Shown: in pieces, positions 59,578-64,000 of the stretch
Layout of the letters: every line of letters begins with the position of its first letter
How positions within the stretch are numbered: the first letter of the stretch is position 1
Assembly (NCBI RefSeq): GCF_044324875.1
Contig: NZ_CP172188.1
From: Escherichia coli
GTDB lineage: Bacteria > Pseudomonadota > Gammaproteobacteria > Enterobacterales > Enterobacteriaceae
Reading direction: 5' to 3' (one strand)
DNA: 64,000 nucleotides
Program-made: the position numbers and the translations under genes
Notes under the pieces: model-generated
Databases searched by the model: none
The model's input: the letters and a program-made list of their open reading frames with translations, nothing else
What the model was told of the DNA's origin: nothing

Positions 59578-60963
59578 TTGAACAAATCAGTTACTTCTGC
59601 GCTTTCCGAGGCCGCAGATATTAACAGCGTCATTGCTCTGGTTTCTTCATTAGAGAGGAAAGAAACACGCCTGGGGCGAAGTAGCTACGTAGTCACCAGC
59701 AAAGGTGCAGAGGTAAAGACGGCTTTTAAGGTCGTTGATGCCAGCAGTCTGATCATTTCGAACAACCTTGACGGTACGATTAACCCGGCCTTCCCGGAAG
59801 AACTCCAACCACGAGATCGTACCCGGCTATCCAGCAAACTCCAGGTTAACCGTATTGCCTCCAATTTACGCCCGGCACAATTAACGGATTCCGGTATGAG
59901 CAGCCACGGAGCGCCGATAGTTGGTCCGGACAACGTTGTTGAATCCGGCAACGGAAGGAGTATGGGTATCTGGCGTGCCTATGAGCAAGGACAGGCGGAT
60001 GAGTATCGCCAGTACCTGATCGACCATGCGAAAGAGTTTGGTCTGAATCCTGACGAAATTTCGCAAATGTCTATGCCTGTACTGGTGCGAGAAAGACTCA
60101 CAGATGTAGACCGCGCTCAATTTGCCCGCGATTCAAACATTAGTGATCTGCAAGAGATGGCAGCAAGTGAAAAAGCGTATGCGGATGCGCAATTTCTCAC
60201 TGAGAGCGTCATGGCGCTATTTAATCCTTCAGATGATGGAAATCTGCTGGCGCGGTCCAATGATGCGTTTATTCGTGCGTTTTTGCGCGAAATTGGCGAT
60301 ACAGCGACGGCAGGCTTGCTTACTGCCGATGGGCGTCCCACGAAACAGCTTATCGATCGCATCCAGAATGCAATTTTTGCCAAAGCGTACAAGGATGAAA
60401 GGCTTGTTCGGCTGGTGTCGGAAGAGCCAGATCCGGAAATGCGTAATATCCTGACCGCATTAAATACGGCAGCCAGCGATTTTGCGCAAATGCAGTCGCT
60501 GTCTGGCGACGCTCACCATGACGCAGTAACAGGCTTAGTGGACGGTATAGAGCAGGTTAATGGCCTGGATACACAGGCGATAGCAGCACTCCAGGAAGCA
60601 ATTAATCTTGTTCGTGAAGCCAAAGACAACGGTCAGGCCGTTGAAGAAGTGATCGCCCAAAGGGGGTTATTCGGCGACAGTACACCGGAAGCTGAGGCAT
60701 TGGCGTTATTCATCGTAGCAAATAATCGCAGTGCGAAGCGTATGGGGGCAGCATTCAAAAAAATGGCGCAAAAAATCAACGACGAGCTGACTCATAAACA
60801 ACAGGCATTGGGCGATATGTTCGGCGGTGGCGATGTTGATCTGCGTCGTATTTTGTCTGCTGTATCTGATGAAATTGAGGGTGAATTTGGCGAAGGGAAA
60901 GGTCTGAACTTTGCTATGTTTGAAAATTCTACAGATCTAAATAATTGCCGTACGGAAAACTAA
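59578..60963 (+). CDS. hypothetical virion/antirestriction-operon protein (about 460 aa)
   Basis: Long ORF with no ATG near its 5' end; probable TTG start at 59578 after GGAG. Confidence 0.4.
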   Translation: MNKSVTSALSEAADINSVIALVSSLERKETRLGRSSYVVTSKGAEVKTAFKVVDASSLIISNNLDGTINPAFPEELQPRDRTRLSSKLQVNRIASNLRPAQLTDSGMSSHGAPIVGPDNVVESGNGRSMGIWRAYEQGQADEYRQYLIDHAKEFGLNPDEISQMSMPVLVRERLTDVDRAQFARDSNISDLQEMAASEKAYADAQFLTESVMALFNPSDDGNLLARSNDAFIRAFLREIGDTATAGLLTADGRPTKQLIDRIQNAIFAKAYKDERLVRLVSEEPDPEMRNILTALNTAASDFAQMQSLSGDAHHDAVTGLVDGIEQVNGLDTQAIAALQEAINLVREAKDNGQAVEEVIAQRGLFGDSTPEAEALALFIVANNRSAKRMGAAFKKMAQKINDELTHKQQALGDMFGGGDVDLRRILSAVSDEIEGEFGEGKGLNFAMFENSTDLNNCRTEN

Positions 60964-61027
60964 ACCAACCGCTGAAATCACATACTGATTATGCTGCCGC
61001 AAAACTGGAAACAATTTGCGGTGATTC

Positions 61028-62710
61028 ATGGCAACGAAAGACAAAAACAAAGGCTTTCTGTCAGCATTGAAGAAAGCCTTCAACGGTGGTGATGTTACGC
61101 CCGCCGATCCGGTCGTTTTTACGAGCGGGCATAGTGTCGTTGCTCGTTCCGGCCTGTCTGCTTTACGTCCAGGTATACTGGGGAGCAACAGCGATGGCAT
61201 GACGAGTGCAGCAGATTCAATTTCTTTATCCGCTGAACTGCCCGGCGAGCGCCTGCAAAAGTACAACATCCTGGAAACGATGGCTAAAAGCCCGACTATC
61301 TCGACGGCTTTAAATATTCACATTGCACATGCGCTTGCGCCTTCAAAAAAAACCGGACAAGCATTCATCCTTTCGCCAAAGGATGGTTCCGATGCTGAGG
61401 CAGTAAGTAGATGTGAAGAGTTAACTGCTGATTTGGGGGCGATGATTAATGACGGACTTCCTTCATGGGCCATGATTATGGCGATCTTTGGGGTGTCTTA
61501 TGTCCGCCCTTATGCTGAACAGGGCAGGGGGATAACAGGCATTGAGTCCAGTTATTACACTCTGCCACACTTCGTCCAGGAGTTTTATCGTGGTAGCCAG
61601 CTGGTAGGTTTCAGTGGTGATTACATCCTGGATACGCATAGTTTGCGCAGAGTAATAACCGAACCGTGGAATCTGGTTTCCATGAAAAATCCCTATTGGA
61701 CGCCACAGCATAAAGTTATTCCGGTTAGCTACGGCACAAAAGGGTACTCACTGTTAAGTGATCAGGCTGATAAGCCGTTAATGGAGACGCAGAATTACGG
61801 GACTTCATTCCTGGAATACAGCTATGAACCTTACCTTAATTTATGTGCTTCGCTCGCCGCGCTGAAATCAACGCGAAATAATGCAGCCAAAATTGACCGC
61901 CTGATTGCTCTTACGACGAACACACTGGACCCGGTTAATGCGGCGAACTATACGCGTGGCGTCAGCCAGGCATTGAAGCGTCATAGTGACTTGGTGGCGC
62001 AAAGGTCGATTAATGCCAACGCTATTCCGACTGTGCTTAACCATCTGATACCTGTTATGGGAGACGGGAAGAACGGCATCACCATTGATACGCAATCCAT
62101 ACCCGCAGATATCAGTGGTATCGAAGACGTTATGTTTCACCTCCGGCAGCTTGCTGCAAGCCTCGGCATTGACGCAACAATGCTTGGCTGGGCTGATCAG
62201 ATGAGCGGAGGGCTTGGAGAAGGCGGCTGGCAGCAAACTGCTATCCAGGCTGCATTGCGTGCGAACTGGATCAGACAGGCCGCCCAGCGAACTATTTATC
62301 GGCTTCTGGACATTCACCTCGCTTATAAATACGGCAAGGTTTACACCGAAACAAACCGCCCTTATGACGTGCAATTCAACTCAATGAACACTGCTATCCA
62401 GGAAGAGGAAAACCGAGAACTGGATGCACGCGCCAACTTTGTTGCTGTCATCTCCCAAATTATGGACCAGATCCAGAATAACCCGAAACTGGCTGGTAGC
62501 GACGCGTTTATGCGTTATCTGTTCACTGAGCAGTTGCACATCGACGATGACACTCTCAACACCATGATCAAAGAGTTTAAGGCGAATGAATCAGAGCAAA
62601 ACAACGAGCATGGTATGTACGAATCCGCGCCGTTGTCGTCCGGTGACGATCCGGAAAACTGGACGCCAGAACAGTTAATAAACTTTGCAAAATTTGTGAT
62701 GAGCAATTAA
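61028..62710 (+). CDS. portal protein candidate (560 aa)
   Basis: Size and position directly upstream of a prohead protease/scaffold-like gene. Confidence 0.5.
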   Translation: MATKDKNKGFLSALKKAFNGGDVTPADPVVFTSGHSVVARSGLSALRPGILGSNSDGMTSAADSISLSAELPGERLQKYNILETMAKSPTISTALNIHIAHALAPSKKTGQAFILSPKDGSDAEAVSRCEELTADLGAMINDGLPSWAMIMAIFGVSYVRPYAEQGRGITGIESSYYTLPHFVQEFYRGSQLVGFSGDYILDTHSLRRVITEPWNLVSMKNPYWTPQHKVIPVSYGTKGYSLLSDQADKPLMETQNYGTSFLEYSYEPYLNLCASLAALKSTRNNAAKIDRLIALTTNTLDPVNAANYTRGVSQALKRHSDLVAQRSINANAIPTVLNHLIPVMGDGKNGITIDTQSIPADISGIEDVMFHLRQLAASLGIDATMLGWADQMSGGLGEGGWQQTAIQAALRANWIRQAAQRTIYRLLDIHLAYKYGKVYTETNRPYDVQFNSMNTAIQEEENRELDARANFVAVISQIMDQIQNNPKLAGSDAFMRYLFTEQLHIDDDTLNTMIKEFKANESEQNNEHGMYESAPLSSGDDPENWTPEQLINFAKFVMSN

Positions 62711-62723
62711 CCGGAGGGAAATA

Positions 62724-63722
62724 ATGCAATCACTGAATACTGTTACGGATCGCTTCTCCCTGGTAGAGAAAATCCGCAAACACACACCGCAGAACAACCG
62801 AAATTACGTCATTCAGTCGGTACGAGACACATTCAACTCGCCAGAAACAAAAGAGCGTATCGCGCTGGGTGAGATGTATGGTTATTACGGTCATGGTCGC
62901 CGGGCGATGCACTATAACAAAACGAAAAGCCTGAACTTGCCGGAAGTCTCTGTTGTGATGGTAGATGGGAAGCCTGTTGTATTGGAGAACGTGCCATCCA
63001 ACAGGACTATCGACATTTCGATTGACGACAACGGCATTGTTACCCATACGCAGGAAATACTGGATACAGACACCGGGCGTATTGTTCAGGGGATGATAAA
63101 TTCTGGCGCCGGTGGTTGGTCATGGGCTACATCTGGTCCAGACTCATCGGTATCCCTGGTAAAGTCTTTCCACGGCTTTGATTACGTAACTGTGCCTAAC
63201 TATATCAGCCTCGACAAGAAAAGCCTGATGCTTGAATCAGCAGAAGAGCGCGATGCGGCTATTCATGCAGCACTTATCGAACAAGGTTTTACCGATAACG
63301 CTGCCACGGATCTGGTTCACCACTTTTCAGCGATGAAAAATCAGCAAGCCATGCTCGAGTCTGCACATCGTGAAGCCCTGGAATCAGAATTAATGCTCCT
63401 TGAAGCGGAAAATATGCAACTTCGCGACAAATTACGAAACCAGGCTGCAATGATGGAAAGCCAGGGCGAAGATGCGAAGAAATGCCGCCGTATTTTGCGT
63501 GATGCTATCCAGGAAATGCCTGTTTTTATCAGTGCAGAACAACGCCGGGCGCTCTGCCGTATGCAGTCTGAAGATGATGCTCGCATAGTGGCTGCGATGC
63601 TTGAATCTCTGGGGGCAAATGCGACTTATGGCTTACCGATATCAGGCAAGAAAGAGGCGGAGTTATCACCGAAGGAGAACAAAAATACCACACCGTTACT
63701 CTTCGTTTCGCGACGGGCGTAA
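62724..63722 (+). CDS. prohead protease/scaffold-like protein candidate (332 aa)
   Basis: Gly-rich segments (GYYGHGRR, SGAGGWSW) followed by a coiled-coil scaffold-like C-terminus; follows the portal candidate. Confidence 0.4.
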   Translation: MQSLNTVTDRFSLVEKIRKHTPQNNRNYVIQSVRDTFNSPETKERIALGEMYGYYGHGRRAMHYNKTKSLNLPEVSVVMVDGKPVVLENVPSNRTIDISIDDNGIVTHTQEILDTDTGRIVQGMINSGAGGWSWATSGPDSSVSLVKSFHGFDYVTVPNYISLDKKSLMLESAEERDAAIHAALIEQGFTDNAATDLVHHFSAMKNQQAMLESAHREALESELMLLEAENMQLRDKLRNQAAMMESQGEDAKKCRRILRDAIQEMPVFISAEQRRALCRMQSEDDARIVAAMLESLGANATYGLPISGKKEAELSPKENKNTTPLLFVSRRA

Positions 63723-63734
63723 CCGTTACATGAA

Positions 63735-63754
63735 GTTAAATTTCTAACATAGTG
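63735..63754. promoter_or_regulatory. operator-like motif copy
   Basis: gttaaatttctaacatagtg downstream of the prohead gene. Confidence 0.3.
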
Positions 63755-63835
63755 TATTTATATACACTGTTGATCCTGTTCGATGTGATCGAGTAGGATC
63801 GCGGTCACTGCTCCGGTAGCGACTGCCAAAAAAGC

Positions 63836-63862
63836 AAAAGCCGCTGAGAAGCGGCTTTTGGG
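63836..63862 (+). terminator. rho-independent terminator
   Basis: aaagccgct-gaga-agcggcttt hairpin followed by TTT. Confidence 0.55.
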
Positions 63863-64000
63863 TGTATAAATCCTCGGACATAGATTTATACGGTAGATAG
63901 ATTTTTTTCACGGAACTATCTGGTGAGTATTTTAAATTCAGTTTCAGTAACTTTCAACACTTCTGAGTATAAAAACAACACTGAATACCACAAAAAAATC

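Overview
This 64 kb window reads as a P1-like temperate myovirus / phage-plasmid backbone from an Enterobacteriaceae host, carrying several accessory insertions. All calls rest on reading the translations and DNA by eye; no database search was run. Backbone elements: a Ref-like HNH nuclease, three c4-icd-ant-type immunity modules with Rha/Ant antirepressors, RdgC, Dcm-like and Dam methyltransferases, baseplate, sheath, tube, a large Sit-like virion protein, a repeat-rich tail fiber followed by a Cin/Gin-family invertase with an invertible region, a LydA/LydB/Hdf/DarA/DdrA-like operon, and portal and prohead genes. Plasmid maintenance is encoded by a RepE(F)-like initiator flanked by iterons, a ParF/ParG-type and a ParM/ParR-type partition system with repeat arrays. 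Accessory content: an IS200/IS605 element (tnpA + tnpB) that disrupts a gene, an IS21-family element (istAB), two higBA toxin-antitoxin pairs plus an amber-interrupted HigA-like gene, AT-rich islands encoding membrane and secreted proteins of unknown function, and a host-type glnS with its own leader. The most notable signals are compensatory base changes between two c4-like antisense modules (implying distinct immunity specificities), a nested and decayed multi-site tail-fiber inversion region, a recurring operator-like motif at seven intergenic sites, and a ClpX zinc-finger-domain-only protein.
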